Of a stretch of 64,000 nucleotides of DNA, positions 40,437 through 49,940 are shown one piece after another (within the stretch, counting starts at the first letter, position 1; the number at the start of each line of letters is the position of its first letter). The notes under the pieces were generated by a model. The model saw nothing but the letters and a program-made list of their open reading frames with translations. It had not been told where the DNA came from and did not search any database. Origin of the DNA: an uncultured Microthrixaceae bacterium (lineage in GTDB: Bacteria; Actinomycetota; Acidimicrobiia; Acidimicrobiales; DATDAH01); NCBI GenBank assembly GCA_963701565.1, contig CAVPAN010000005.1:409672-473671 (forward strand), given 5' to 3'. A program made the translations under genes and the position numbers.

Positions 40437-41219
40437 ATGAGCAGAGAGATCCCGCCCTACCCCGAGAGCCACGACCTGTTGGCGGACAAGGGTGTCGTGG
40501 TCACGGCCGCAGCCGGCACTGGCATCGGCTTCGCCACGGCCAAGCGCTGCGCCGAGGAAGGGGCCCGGGTCGTCATCTCCGACCACCACGAGCGGCGCCT
40601 GGGCGAGGCGGCCGACACCATTGCGGCCGAGGTGGGGGAGCGCCCCCACACGATCGTCTGCGACGTCACCGTCGATGCTGCGGTCCAGGCCCTGGTCGAC
40701 GGAGCAGCGGCCCACCTCGACGGCATCGATGTGATGGTCAGCAACGCCGGCCTCGGCGGCGAGGTGGACCTGGTGGACATGTCCGACGACCAGTGGTCGA
40801 TCGTGCTCGACGTGACCCTCAACGGGACCTTCCGCACGACCCGGGCCGCGCTGCGCCACATGTTGCCGCGGGGCAAGGGCGTGATCGTCAACAACGCCTC
40901 GGTCCTCGGCTGGCGGGCCCAGCGGGGCCAGGCCCACTACGCCGCGGCCAAGGCCGGGGTGATGGCCCTCACCCGCTGTGCCGCCATCGAGGCCGCGGAG
41001 GTCGGGGTCCGGGTGAACGCCGTGGCCCCCAGCCTGGCCACGCATCCCTTCCTGACCAAGGTCATGGCCGACGGCCTGCTCGAGGAACTGGAGGCCAAGG
41101 AGGCCTTCGGCCGGGGGGCCACCCCGTGGGAGGTGGCCAACGTCATCGTCTTCCTGGCCAGCGACTACTCCAGCTACATGACCGGCGAGGTGGTGGCCGT
41201 CAGCTCCCAGCACCCGTAG
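40437..41219 (+). CDS. SDR family oxidoreductase
   Basis: 260 aa. Contains VVVTAAAGTGIGFA, NNAS and YAAAKAG. Confidence 0.88.
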   Translation: MSREIPPYPESHDLLADKGVVVTAAAGTGIGFATAKRCAEEGARVVISDHHERRLGEAADTIAAEVGERPHTIVCDVTVDAAVQALVDGAAAHLDGIDVMVSNAGLGGEVDLVDMSDDQWSIVLDVTLNGTFRTTRAALRHMLPRGKGVIVNNASVLGWRAQRGQAHYAAAKAGVMALTRCAAIEAAEVGVRVNAVAPSLATHPFLTKVMADGLLEELEAKEAFGRGATPWEVANVIVFLASDYSSYMTGEVVAVSSQHP

Positions 41220-41634
41220 CCGGTTCCCGGAGGGAGACGCCGGCCAGGCGGTCCACCACCAGGCTCCAGAAGCTGGGGCAGTCCACGATGTCGTCCTTCG
41301 GGCAGGCCATGGCGTGCTCCAGGGCCGTCCGGGCGAGCCGGGCACAGGCCTCGGCTTGCCGCAGCTCGTCGATCTTGGCCTCGGCCAACGTGTGCCACGC
41401 CTGAGGCGACTCGGCCCGGCTGGCCAGCAGGGTCCCGACCTCGGCCAGGGTGAAGCCGACGTCGGTGAGCAGCAGGATCACCCCGACCCGGCCGACGGCG
41501 TCCGGCGTGTAGCGCCGCTGGCCCGACACCCTTGTGGCGGGCGGGAGCAGGCCGAGCTCGTCGTAGTAGCGCAGGGCCGAAGTGGCCACCCCCGCCTGGT
41601 GGGCGACCTCACCGATCGTCAGCAGATCCGACAC
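41200..41634 (-). CDS. MerR family transcriptional regulator
   Basis: 144 aa, GTG start. LTIGEVAHQAGVATSALRYYDELGLL. The 3' end overlaps the convergent SDR gene by 20 nt. Confidence 0.88.
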   Translation of the reverse strand: MSDLLTIGEVAHQAGVATSALRYYDELGLLPPATRVSGQRRYTPDAVGRVGVILLLTDVGFTLAEVGTLLASRAESPQAWHTLAEAKIDELRQAEACARLARTALEHAMACPKDDIVDCPSFWSLVVDRLAGVSLREPATGAGS

Positions 41635-41648
41635 TTGACTTCAAGTGT
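41631..41648. promoter_or_regulatory. 8-bp perfect inverted repeat ACACTTGA ct TCAAGTGT (MerR-type operator)
   Basis: Lies in the 37-bp divergent region between the MerR gene and the methyltransferase gene. Overlaps the MerR GTG and a TTGACT hexamer (41635-41640). Confidence 0.55.
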
Positions 41649-41671
41649 ACATGAAGTGCTTCGGTGGCTCG

Positions 41672-42256
41672 ATGAGCTTCAAGAACCAGTTCGCCCATCC
41701 CCACGGCCTCGGCGGTCGCGCCGCCGGGTGGATCATGGGAAGCCGGAACACCCCACGGAACCGCTGGGTGCTCGAGCTGCTCGAGCCCCAGCCCGGTGAT
41801 CACCTCCTCGAGATCGGCTGCGGGCCGGGCGTGGCCGTGGCCGAGGCGGTGGCCCGCGGCTGCCGGGTCACCGCAGTCGACCCGTCCGAGGTGATGCGGG
41901 CCATGGCCGGCCGTCGCAACGCCGCCGCGGTGGCCGACGGTCGGGTTCGCATCCTCGACGGATCGGCCGAGGCCCTGCCCGACGGGCCCTTCGACGCGGC
42001 CTACGCCTCGAACACCCCCCAGTTCTGGGTCGACATCGACGCCACGTTGGCCGACGTGGCCGGGCGGCTGCTGCCCGGCGGGCAGGTGGCCCTCGCCATC
42101 CAGCCCCGCTTCAAGGGAGCGACCGACGCCGATGCCCGCCGCCTGGCCGACGAGAATGCCGGGTGCCTCCGCCGGGCCGGGTTCGAGGAGGTCCGGCTGG
42201 AGGTCCTCGCGCTCCGACCGACCGATGCGGGTTGTGCCCTCGGTCGTCTCAGCTGA
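41672..42256 (+). CDS. class I SAM-dependent methyltransferase
   Basis: Start set at ATG 41672 (MSFKNQFAHPHGLGG). Contains LLEIGCGPGVAV and LLPGGQVAL. Confidence 0.85.
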   Translation: MSFKNQFAHPHGLGGRAAGWIMGSRNTPRNRWVLELLEPQPGDHLLEIGCGPGVAVAEAVARGCRVTAVDPSEVMRAMAGRRNAAAVADGRVRILDGSAEALPDGPFDAAYASNTPQFWVDIDATLADVAGRLLPGGQVALAIQPRFKGATDADARRLADENAGCLRRAGFEEVRLEVLALRPTDAGCALGRLS

Positions 42257-43427
42257 CCCGGAAGCCGCCGCGGCCATCGTCGGGCGGGTGGGGGATTGAG
42301 GGCGGCAGCGTGATGGGCGGGGGAGGCAGGTTCGGCCGGGTGCCCGGCGGCGGCGGGATGACCGAGGCGGGCGCCGCCGGCGCGGGGGTGCCAGGGGGTG
42401 GCGGGATCACCGACGCCGGCCGTGCGCCGGGGGCCGCCGTCCCGGGTGCGGCGGCGTCGGGCGAGACGACCGGCTGGGGGGCGGCCTCGGGGCGGGGCGG
42501 GAGGCCGGCGAGGTGGGTGAGGCGGCCGATGCGGTGCTGAAGCAGCATCGAGGTACCGAGGCGCTTGGACCGGGACGACATCGCCCCGCCGTAGACCCCC
42601 TGGGGCACCTCGAGCCACAGTGGCGCCGTGGCCCGGCTGACCCGCCGGATCTCGCCCTGCTCGGCGTCCATCTTCTCCAGCGCGGTGATGAGGGCCTCGG
42701 GATGGCGGGTGAACTGGATGGCGATCCGGTCCCGGTTCTCGCCCTGGTCCCGCAGGGCCCACGCCTGCAGCCACTCGGCCATGCGGGCCGGGATCCAACC
42801 GATGATGGCCCTGAGATCGTCAGCCTCGGCGGCGGCGATGGCGCTCGAGGTCAGGGCGACGGTCCAGCTCGACAGGGCGATGTCCCAGCTCCCGATCCGG
42901 CTGACCTCATAGGACAGCGCCGCCTCGAGCTCGTCCCGGCTCAAGCTGCCGGGCAGGCCGGAGGTGATCCCGATGATCGTCCTCTTGGGCCGGGTCCCGA
43001 CGCCGAAGGAGTTGGGCACCAGGTCGGGGATCACGGCGAAGCGGGGCACCGGGATGTTCGCCGAGAGGGCCAGGCCCTCGAGGACGTTGCGCACCTCGGG
43101 GAACTCGTCCGGGTTGGCGATGTGGGCGCCGGTCTCCCGCAGGACCTGGGCCTCCAGCTTCCGCCGCAGGGTCGGCAACCGGAAGACCGACAGGAGGCTG
43201 CCGATGACGATCGACAAGCCGAGGACCACCAGGACGAATATCCCCGTCCACTTGAGCAGCTGGAGGTCGTCGGGCACCCCGGCCTCGCTGAACAACCACA
43301 ACAGGCCGAGGACGGCGGTGGCCATTGCGGCGGCGCAGATGGCCATCCAGTACACGACGGTGGCCATGGCGAGCAGGCCGAGGATGCGCAGTCGATTGCG
43401 CCGGGCGAAGAGATCGGGCCGCTCCAT
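42249..43427 (-). CDS. HtpX/M48-peptidase homologue with substituted zinc ligands and a Pro-rich tail
   Basis: 392 aa. 2+2 TM layout. IIGITSGLPGSLSRDELEAALSYEVSRIGSWDI aligns to HtpX VAVSTGLL..MSRDEAEAVIAHEISHI, with HExxH replaced by YEVSR. The C-terminal tail contains two copies of ASVIPPPPGT. Confidence 0.7.
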   Translation of the reverse strand: MERPDLFARRNRLRILGLLAMATVVYWMAICAAAMATAVLGLLWLFSEAGVPDDLQLLKWTGIFVLVVLGLSIVIGSLLSVFRLPTLRRKLEAQVLRETGAHIANPDEFPEVRNVLEGLALSANIPVPRFAVIPDLVPNSFGVGTRPKRTIIGITSGLPGSLSRDELEAALSYEVSRIGSWDIALSSWTVALTSSAIAAAEADDLRAIIGWIPARMAEWLQAWALRDQGENRDRIAIQFTRHPEALITALEKMDAEQGEIRRVSRATAPLWLEVPQGVYGGAMSSRSKRLGTSMLLQHRIGRLTHLAGLPPRPEAAPQPVVSPDAAAPGTAAPGARPASVIPPPPGTPAPAAPASVIPPPPGTRPNLPPPPITLPPSIPHPPDDGRGGFRVS

Positions 43428-43472
43428 GGCGAGGAATTTACGTGCCTGCCCGGGGCTGGGCGTGAGTAGGCG

Positions 43473-43784
43473 CTACTCGATCTCCGGCGGGTCGTCGCCT
43501 TCCGGCCCGGCGGTCGGGTCGTCGATGAGGCGTCGGGTGACCTGGCCTGCGTAGTCGTCCCAGGCGTCGGTGAGTTCATCGATGAGCTGGCGCAGGAGCT
43601 TGGGCGACATGGCGACCCGGGCCACGACCGTCCCGACGTTGGGCTCGACGGAGTGGTCGACCCGCAGGAGATCGATCGTCACTTCGTGATCGCTCGAGTT
43701 GACGACGGCGTCGTTGGCCCAGACCCCGGCCTGGTGCGCGGGGGGTACCACGACCACCAGCTCGTCGTCGGGTTCACTCACCAT
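43473..43784 (-). CDS. DUF3467-like small protein
   Basis: Internal ATG at 43784 (MVSEPDDELVVVVPPAHQAGVWANDAVVNSSDHEVTIDLLRVD), 103 aa. Lies 45 nt upstream of the M48-like gene on the same strand. Confidence 0.6.
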   Translation of the reverse strand: MVSEPDDELVVVVPPAHQAGVWANDAVVNSSDHEVTIDLLRVDHSVEPNVGTVVARVAMSPKLLRQLIDELTDAWDDYAGQVTRRLIDDPTAGPEGDDPPEIE

Positions 43785-43874
43785 CGGGTCCCCCACTCGT
43801 TGCGCCGCGTTCCGTACCGTAGGCGGGTGGCGGAAACACTGCCCGGCCTCGGTGTCGGGCCCGACGACGAGGAC

Positions 43875-44951
43875 GTGGGGGTCGACGCCGACGCCGTCCA
43901 CCTCTCCGAGGAGCCCCAGAGCGGTCTGGGGCGGGGTCTGGCCGCGATCATCCCCACCCTCGCTGATCTCGACAGGCCGCCGCCTGCCGGCCGCCGCCGT
44001 CGGCGCCGTGGCGGGGGCGTGTCCGCCCTCCTGGGCGCGCCCGCCGAGGCCGGCGAGGGGCCGGTCGAGGCCACCGCACCGCCGGATCCGGTCGGGGCCA
44101 CCCTCGCGGCCGCTGCGCCCCCGCCGTCGGCGGTCCTCCTGCCCGAACCCGAACCGCGGCTCGAGCCCGAGCGGGAACCCGAACCGCGGCTCGAGCCCGA
44201 GCCCGTACCGGCGCCGTCGGCGGTGCGCAAGCTCCGGGACGACCTCGTGGGGGCGCTCCTCGACGGGCTGGCCAACACGATGGCCCTCGACCTCTGCGCG
44301 TACCTCCACCAGGGCCCCGGCGAGGAGCCACACCTCTTCCTGCAGTCACCGTCCCTGGACGGCATCGGCCCGGCTCGGGCCTATGCCCTCTTCGACGCCC
44401 TACGGGCCGACCTCGAGGCCGGTGGCTCGCGGGCGGAGTTCTTCGCCGCGGGCTTCCGGGGTGTGGCGGTGACCACCGTGGGCGACGGCTCCCGGGGCGT
44501 CTGGGCCGTTGCTCGGGCCGACGACATCACCGAGCGTGAGCGGGAGGTGGCCACGCGGTTCTGCCACTCCTTCGGCCGGGCGGTGCACCAGCTCGACGGC
44601 GCCGCCACACCGGCCAGCACGATCGCCCGTCCCCTCCAGGTCGAGGTCCACCGGGCCCGGGACTCCGTGCTGGCCGAGGTCCAGGTCCGCGTCGGGGATC
44701 AGATCCGCCCGGGCCACGGGCGGGCCACCACCCGGGTCGAGGCCATCACCCGGGCGGTGGTGGCCGCCGCCGGGCACGACGTCACCTTCCGGTACGCCAG
44801 CGAGGTGGCCCACGAGGGCGAGCACGCCGCCGTCGTCCTGCTCGAGGCCGGGGACCACGCCGTGGCCCTCGGCTCGGCCCTCAGCCCCGAGTCCGGTGGC
44901 CTCGCCACAGCCCAGGCCGCGCTCCGCGCGCTCGACGGCCTCACCCCCTGA
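43875..44951 (+). CDS. hypothetical protein with ParB-type N-terminal GLGRGL motif, Glu/Pro repeat linker and C-terminal globular domains
   Basis: Start set at in-frame GTG 43875; the ORF opens at 43653, but that part overlaps the divergent gene. Contains SGLGRGLAAIIPT, then EPEPRLEPEREPEPRLEPEP, then about 240 aa of non-repetitive sequence. Confidence 0.5.
   Translation: MGVDADAVHLSEEPQSGLGRGLAAIIPTLADLDRPPPAGRRRRRRGGGVSALLGAPAEAGEGPVEATAPPDPVGATLAAAAPPPSAVLLPEPEPRLEPEREPEPRLEPEPVPAPSAVRKLRDDLVGALLDGLANTMALDLCAYLHQGPGEEPHLFLQSPSLDGIGPARAYALFDALRADLEAGGSRAEFFAAGFRGVAVTTVGDGSRGVWAVARADDITEREREVATRFCHSFGRAVHQLDGAATPASTIARPLQVEVHRARDSVLAEVQVRVGDQIRPGHGRATTRVEAITRAVVAAAGHDVTFRYASEVAHEGEHAAVVLLEAGDHAVALGSALSPESGGLATAQAALRALDGLTP
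44145..44202 (+). repeat. 30-bp tandem repeat, about 2 copies, in-frame
   Basis: GAACCCGAACCGCGGCTCGAGCCCGAGC occurs at 44145-44172 and again at 44175-44202. It encodes the EPEPRLEPE repeat. Confidence 0.8.
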
Positions 44952-44966
44952 GAGGCCGGCGTCCGG

Positions 44967-45386
44967 TCAACCGAAGAGGTCGAGGTCCTTCTGGCGGACC
45001 CGGTCGGCGAGGGCCGCCATGATGCTGTTGCGGAAGTCGGGGGCCTCGTCGAGCAGGCCGGTGAACTCCCGCTGGCCGATGACGAGCAGGCGCATCGGTG
45101 TCGACGCGGTGACGCTGGCATTGCGGGGCACCCGGTCGATCAGGGCCATCTCGCCGAAGACCGCTCCCGGCCCGATCGTGGCCATCTCGGTCCCGGCCCG
45201 GCTGATGGTGGCTGATCCCTCCACGACGACGAACGCCTCGTGCCCGAGCTCGCCTTCGGCCACGATCGGACGGCCCTCCTCGACCTCGATCTCGTCGGTG
45301 AGGCGGGCGATCTTGGCCAGGTCCCGTGACGAACAGCGAGCAAAGAGCGGGACGGTGGCGAGGTGCTCGGCGAAGTGGTCGGCCAT
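44967..45386 (-). CDS. cyclic nucleotide-binding domain protein
   Basis: 139 aa. Contains FGEMALIDRVPRNASV and VPLFARCSSRDLAKIA. Stand-alone cNMP domain. Confidence 0.8.
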   Translation of the reverse strand: MADHFAEHLATVPLFARCSSRDLAKIARLTDEIEVEEGRPIVAEGELGHEAFVVVEGSATISRAGTEMATIGPGAVFGEMALIDRVPRNASVTASTPMRLLVIGQREFTGLLDEAPDFRNSIMAALADRVRQKDLDLFG

Positions 45387-45461
45387 GGGCGGCGATGTTA
45401 GGCGGGGGTACGGTCCATCGCCGCCGGGGCCGGCTGCCGCCCCGCCCTGGCCGTCAGGCCG

Positions 45462-47322
45462 CTACTGGAACCACCAGATGTAGTCGAGGGCGGCGCCGGC
45501 CCGGTACCAGACGACGTCGTCGTGGTCGTCCTCGTCGAGCTCACCGGCGAAGAGCGGGGAGTAGGTGCCCGACACGTTCGCCACCGCGCCCACGGCGAAG
45601 GTCCGGTCGGTCCGGCCCCACCACACCCGGTCCTGGGTGTCACCGGGGGCGTACCAGAAGATGTCCTCGCGCCCGTTGCCGTTGAGGTCGCCCACGATGG
45701 GGCTCTGGGTCCGGTCGATGTGCCGGTCGGTCTCGGCGAAGGTCCGGTCGGCCTTTCCGAACCACAGCTCGTCGGCCGCGGCGCCCCTGCCGAAGAGCAG
45801 GACGTCGTCCCGGCCGTCGCCGTCGAAGTCACCGGCGACGGGGCGGTGGTTGCCGCTGACGGTCATTGCCCGGAGGAGGAAGGACCCGTCGGCCTTGCCG
45901 AACCAGAGCTTGTCGGGGGCCGCGCCGGGCCCGGAGAAGAAGATGTCGTCGCGGCCGTCGCCGTTGAAGTCGCCGACGGCCGAGTGGGTGAAGGACGTGT
46001 TGATCCGGGTCGGACGTGCGTCCCAGGTGCGGTCGGTGCGCCCGGACCACAGGTGGTCGGGGCCCGGGCCGGGCGTGTACCAGAGGATGTCGTTGCGGCC
46101 GTCGCCGTTGAAGTCGCCGACCAGCGGGCGGAAGCGGCCTCGAGCGTGGATGGCGCCGGCGGTGAAGCCGCGGCCGACTCGGCCCCACCAGATGCGCTCG
46201 GGGTCCGAGCCCTCGCCGTACCACAGGATGTCGTTGCGGCCGTCGCCGTCGAAGTCGCCGACCTGGGCGTGCTGGAACGGGTCGACGATGTTGTGCTCGG
46301 TCTGCGCGAACTCGGCCCGGGGGCCGCGCCGGGCGGGCGGCGCCGGCGGGTCCGGCGGATCGGGGGGATCCGGCGGCGGCGTCTGGTTCGGGCCGGGGAG
46401 GCCCAGGGACCAGAAGCTGGTCAGCCTGGCCCCGCCCCGACGGGTGAGGCTCACGTGGACATGGTCGGTGTGGGGGCTGGAGCCGGTGTAGGGCGTCCAG
46501 CCCTCACTGGGCCGGTACATCCGGAAGATCCGCCGGTTCCAGATGATGTACATGACACCGAGCCGGCGGGCCATGGCGTGGCGGTGGCCGTACTGGTCGG
46601 TGCGGAACAGCCAGTTCATGAAACCAGCGACCCGGTTGCGGCCGGCGGCGGTCGTGGCATCGTTGGCCCAGTCCCAGGCCCGTCCTTCCTTGTGCTCGCT
46701 GGTGCCGCCGATGCCGCAGTCGCGGCTGATGCCGTAGCTGGTGGTGCCGGGGTAGGCGGCCATGACCATGTCCCGGTAGGCGATCATGCCGGGCTTGGCC
46801 GCCGGGCTGCAGGTGCTCTGGCCGTCGTACTCGGGGTACGGCTCGATGTCGCTGGCCGATTCCACGGCTGGCGGACTCGGGGAGAGCCACCCGGGGGCCC
46901 TCACCGGTGACGGTGAAGGTGCCGGCCGTGAGGACGCCGAGGTCCTCGTACATGGGGGCGATGCAGGTGCCCTTGACCGAGTATGTGCCGGCGGGGGTCC
47001 CGTTGGGCACCACGAAGGGGGCGGACCAGGTTCCGTCCCGCTCGACCGGGAGCGTGCCGGAGGCGGCGGCGCTGCCGTCGGGAGCGATGAGCTGGAAGAG
47101 GAGGCCGTCGGCGCCGGTGATGCCGTCGGGCAGGAAGCAGCCGGTCCCGGTGACCCCGATGGCGGTGCCGGTGCGGCCCTCGGTCACCGAGACGGCCAGG
47201 GTGGGGTCGGCCTCGCCCTGGGCGTCATGCAGGCCCACGGGTACGAGGGCCAGGACGGCGGCGCCGACCAGCGTTGCGGTCAACGTGGTGATGGCGCGGC
47301 GCACGATCACAGGATCGGACAT
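45462..47322 (-). pseudogene. secreted Ig-like / LAS-type (M15-like) peptidase / FG-GAP repeat protein, one frameshift
   Basis: ORF 46504..47322 gives a signal peptide plus an Ig-like domain ending FTVTGEG. ORF 45462..46904 continues with APGWLSP..., TSEHKEGRAWDW and SPHTDHVHVS (LAS-type zinc-hydrolase motifs). It then has a PPDPPDPPDPP linker and six GDFxGDGRxDI repeats. The junction is at a CCCCC run near 46897. Confidence 0.7.
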
Positions 47323-47505
47323 CGAGCGGCGATTGTGAACACTCTCCGCACTGCTCTTCCCCTTCAGTGGGCATCCCCGGCCACCGCGCGTGGGGTTGAT
47401 TACGGAATCTTTGCGGATTGGTTACAAACTATCGGGGATGGGCGCGTCCTGGGCAAACCGGGACCCACCGGGGACGGCCGGGGTCGGCGCCCGGAGGCCC
47501 CGGGA

Positions 47506-48250
47506 TCACCCGTCGGTGACGGCCCCGAGGTAGGCCGGGCGGTCGTCGCCGCCGTGGACCAGGAGGTTTGCGCCGGTCACATAGGCGGAGGCGGGCGACG
47601 CCAGGTAGACGACGGCCTCGGCCACGTCGTCGGCCGTGCCCAGGCGCCCCAGGGGGACGGCGGCCGCATCGCCGCCGTAAGGGAGGTCGACGGCCTCGGG
47701 GGCGAGGTGGCCGGCCGACACGCAGTTGACCCGGACGGCGGACGCCCACTCGACGGCCAGGCTCTGGGTCAGGTGCACCAGCCCGGCCTTGGCCGCGCCG
47801 TACGCGGCGGTGCCCGGCGAGGCCGCCAGCCCGTCGAGCGGGCCGAGCGTGACGATCGCCCCGCCGTCGTCCTGGCCCTGCATGACCTGCGTTGGCGGCT
47901 CGGATCACCCACAGCGGGGCCAGCAGGTTCAGGGTGACGATGGCCGTCGTGAACGCGGCCGAGGCCGTGGCCGCGGCCGCAGCGGGAGAGCCACCGGCAC
48001 TGGTCACGACCACGTCGAGCCGTCCGTAGTGCTCGACCACGGCGGCGACGAGGGCGTCGGCCTGGTCGGGCTCCCGCACGTCGGCGCCGAACCAGCGGGC
48101 GCCGGCGGGCAGTTCGTCGGGCTGGTTACGGTCGCCCACCGCCACCTGCGCTCCGGCGGCGAGCAGCCGGTCGGTGATGGCCCGGCCGATGCCCCTGGCC
48201 CCGTCGGTGACGAGGGCGACCCGGCCGTCGAGATCCTGTGGTGCGTCCAT
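47506..48250 (-). pseudogene. SDR family oxidoreductase, one frameshift
   Basis: N-terminal part VALVTDGARGIGRAI...LLAPLWVIRAANA (ORF 47429..48250) joins VMQGQDDGGAIVTLG...YGAAKAG...VTGANLLVHGG (ORF 47506..47883) near 47888. Confidence 0.8.
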
Positions 48251-48345
48251 GGCGCGGGTGAGCGTAGATCGGAGGCTTCGGCCCGGAGAATCGTGGCTTC
48301 CGTCGTTCGCCCGACGGCGGCCCGATCGTTTAGGTTCGCCACGCC

Positions 48346-49122
48346 ATGCCCATCCGGTCCGACATCGACGAGCACGGCATCGCGACCGTGATCATGGACA
48401 ACCCGCCCGTCAACGCCCTGACGGTGGCGGGCTGGTTCGAGTTGGCGGACGTGGTCGGCTCGCTCGGCGACGACCCGGCGGTGCGGGTGGTGATCCTGGC
48501 GGCCGAGGGGCGCGGCTACAACGCCGGCGTCGACATCAAGGAGATGCAGGCCACCGAGGGCTACGAGGCCCTGATCGGCGCCAACAAGGGCTGCTTCGCG
48601 GCCTTCGCCGCCGTCTACGAGTGCGCGGTGCCGGTCATCGCGGCTGTGCACGGGTTCTGTCTGGGCGGAGGCATCGGCCTGGTCGGCAACGCTGACGTGA
48701 TCATCGCCTCCGACGACGCGACCTTCGGCCTGCCCGAGGTGGACCGGGGTGCCCTGGGCGCCGCCACCCACCTGGCCCGGCTGGTGCCGCAGCACAAGAT
48801 GCGGGCGATGGTCTACACGTCGGCCGTGGCCACCGCCGCCGAGCTGTACCACTACGGCTCGGTCCTGCGCGTCGTGCCCCGCGACGAGCTGCTGGCCGCC
48901 GCCCGGGAGGTGGCCGGGGAGATCGCGGCCAAGAGCCCGACGGTGATCCGGGCGGCCAAGGAGTCGCTCAACGGCATCGACCCCGTCGATGTGAAGCGCT
49001 CGTACCGCTTCGAGCAGGGCTTCACCTTCGAGCTCAACCTGGCCGGGGTGGCCGACGAGGCCCGGGACGCCTTCGTGGCGACGGGCGAGAACGCCGATTT
49101 CAGCGACGAGGCGGACGGCTGA
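48346..49122 (+). CDS. enoyl-CoA hydratase (EchA20-like by position)
   Basis: 258 aa. Contains VIMDNPPVNAL, ILAAEGRGYNAGVDI and AAVHGFCLGGG. Stop/start TGATG overlap with the next gene. Confidence 0.9.
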   Translation: MPIRSDIDEHGIATVIMDNPPVNALTVAGWFELADVVGSLGDDPAVRVVILAAEGRGYNAGVDIKEMQATEGYEALIGANKGCFAAFAAVYECAVPVIAAVHGFCLGGGIGLVGNADVIIASDDATFGLPEVDRGALGAATHLARLVPQHKMRAMVYTSAVATAAELYHYGSVLRVVPRDELLAAAREVAGEIAAKSPTVIRAAKESLNGIDPVDVKRSYRFEQGFTFELNLAGVADEARDAFVATGENADFSDEADG

Positions 49123-49940
49123 TGGCGCTGGTCAAGACCATGACGGCCGACGAGGCCGTCTCGGGCATCGAGAGCGGCATGACCGTCGGCGTCGGGGGCT
49201 GGGGCTCCCGGCGCAAGCCGATGACCCTGCTCAAGGCGCTCCTGCGCACCGATGTCGACGACCTCACGGTGGTCAGCTACGGGGGCCCCGACGTGGGGAT
49301 CCTCTGCGCCGCCGGGCGGGTCCGCAAGGTCGTGTTCGCCTTCGTCTCGCTGGACTCGATCCCCCTCGAGCCTCACTTCCGGTCCGCTCGGGAGTCGGGG
49401 GCCATCGAGGTGGAGGAGTACGACGAGGGCATGTTCCTGCTGGGCCTGCAGGCCGCGGCCTGGAACATCCCGTACCTGCCCACCCGGGTCGGGCTCGGCT
49501 CGGACCTGTTCCGGGTCAACCCTCGGCTGAAGACGGTCCGGTCGCCGTACCCGTCGGTCGACGGCGAGTTCGACGAGCTGGTGGCCATGCCCGCCCTGCC
49601 TCTGGACGTCTCGCTGCTGCACCTGAACCGGGCCGACGAGCGGGGCAACGCCCAGTTCCTCGGCCCGGACCTCTACATGGACGACCTGTTCGCCTCGGCC
49701 GCCGGGAAGACCTACCTCTCCTGCGAGAAGATCGTGCCCACCGCCGAGCTGACGCCCTTCCACACCCTGCGCATCAACCGCCTGCAGGTGGACGGCGTGG
49801 TCGAGGCACCCGGCGGGGCCGGGTTCACCTCCTGTCAGCCCGACTACGAGCGGGACGAGGAGCGGCAGAAGGCCTACGCCGTCACCTCCCGGGACCCCGA
49901 TGCCTGGACCGCCTGGCTGGACGAATGGATCAGCTCGTGA
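49122..49940 (+). CDS. ipdA: CoA-transferase-fold subunit A (IpdA-like)
   Basis: 272 aa. GGWGSRRKPM, DLTVVSYGGPDVGILCAAGRV and MPALPLDVSLLHLNRAD match my memory of M. tuberculosis IpdA (Rv3551). The gene order echA-A-B-NMO also matches. Confidence 0.8.
   Translation: MALVKTMTADEAVSGIESGMTVGVGGWGSRRKPMTLLKALLRTDVDDLTVVSYGGPDVGILCAAGRVRKVVFAFVSLDSIPLEPHFRSARESGAIEVEEYDEGMFLLGLQAAAWNIPYLPTRVGLGSDLFRVNPRLKTVRSPYPSVDGEFDELVAMPALPLDVSLLHLNRADERGNAQFLGPDLYMDDLFASAAGKTYLSCEKIVPTAELTPFHTLRINRLQVDGVVEAPGGAGFTSCQPDYERDEERQKAYAVTSRDPDAWTAWLDEWISS

Noticed and set aside
44145-44202. The 30-bp tandem repeat as a regulatory or CRISPR-like element.
   Set aside because: It is in-frame inside a coding-like ORF and simply encodes a Glu/Pro-rich linker (EPEPRLEPE x2).
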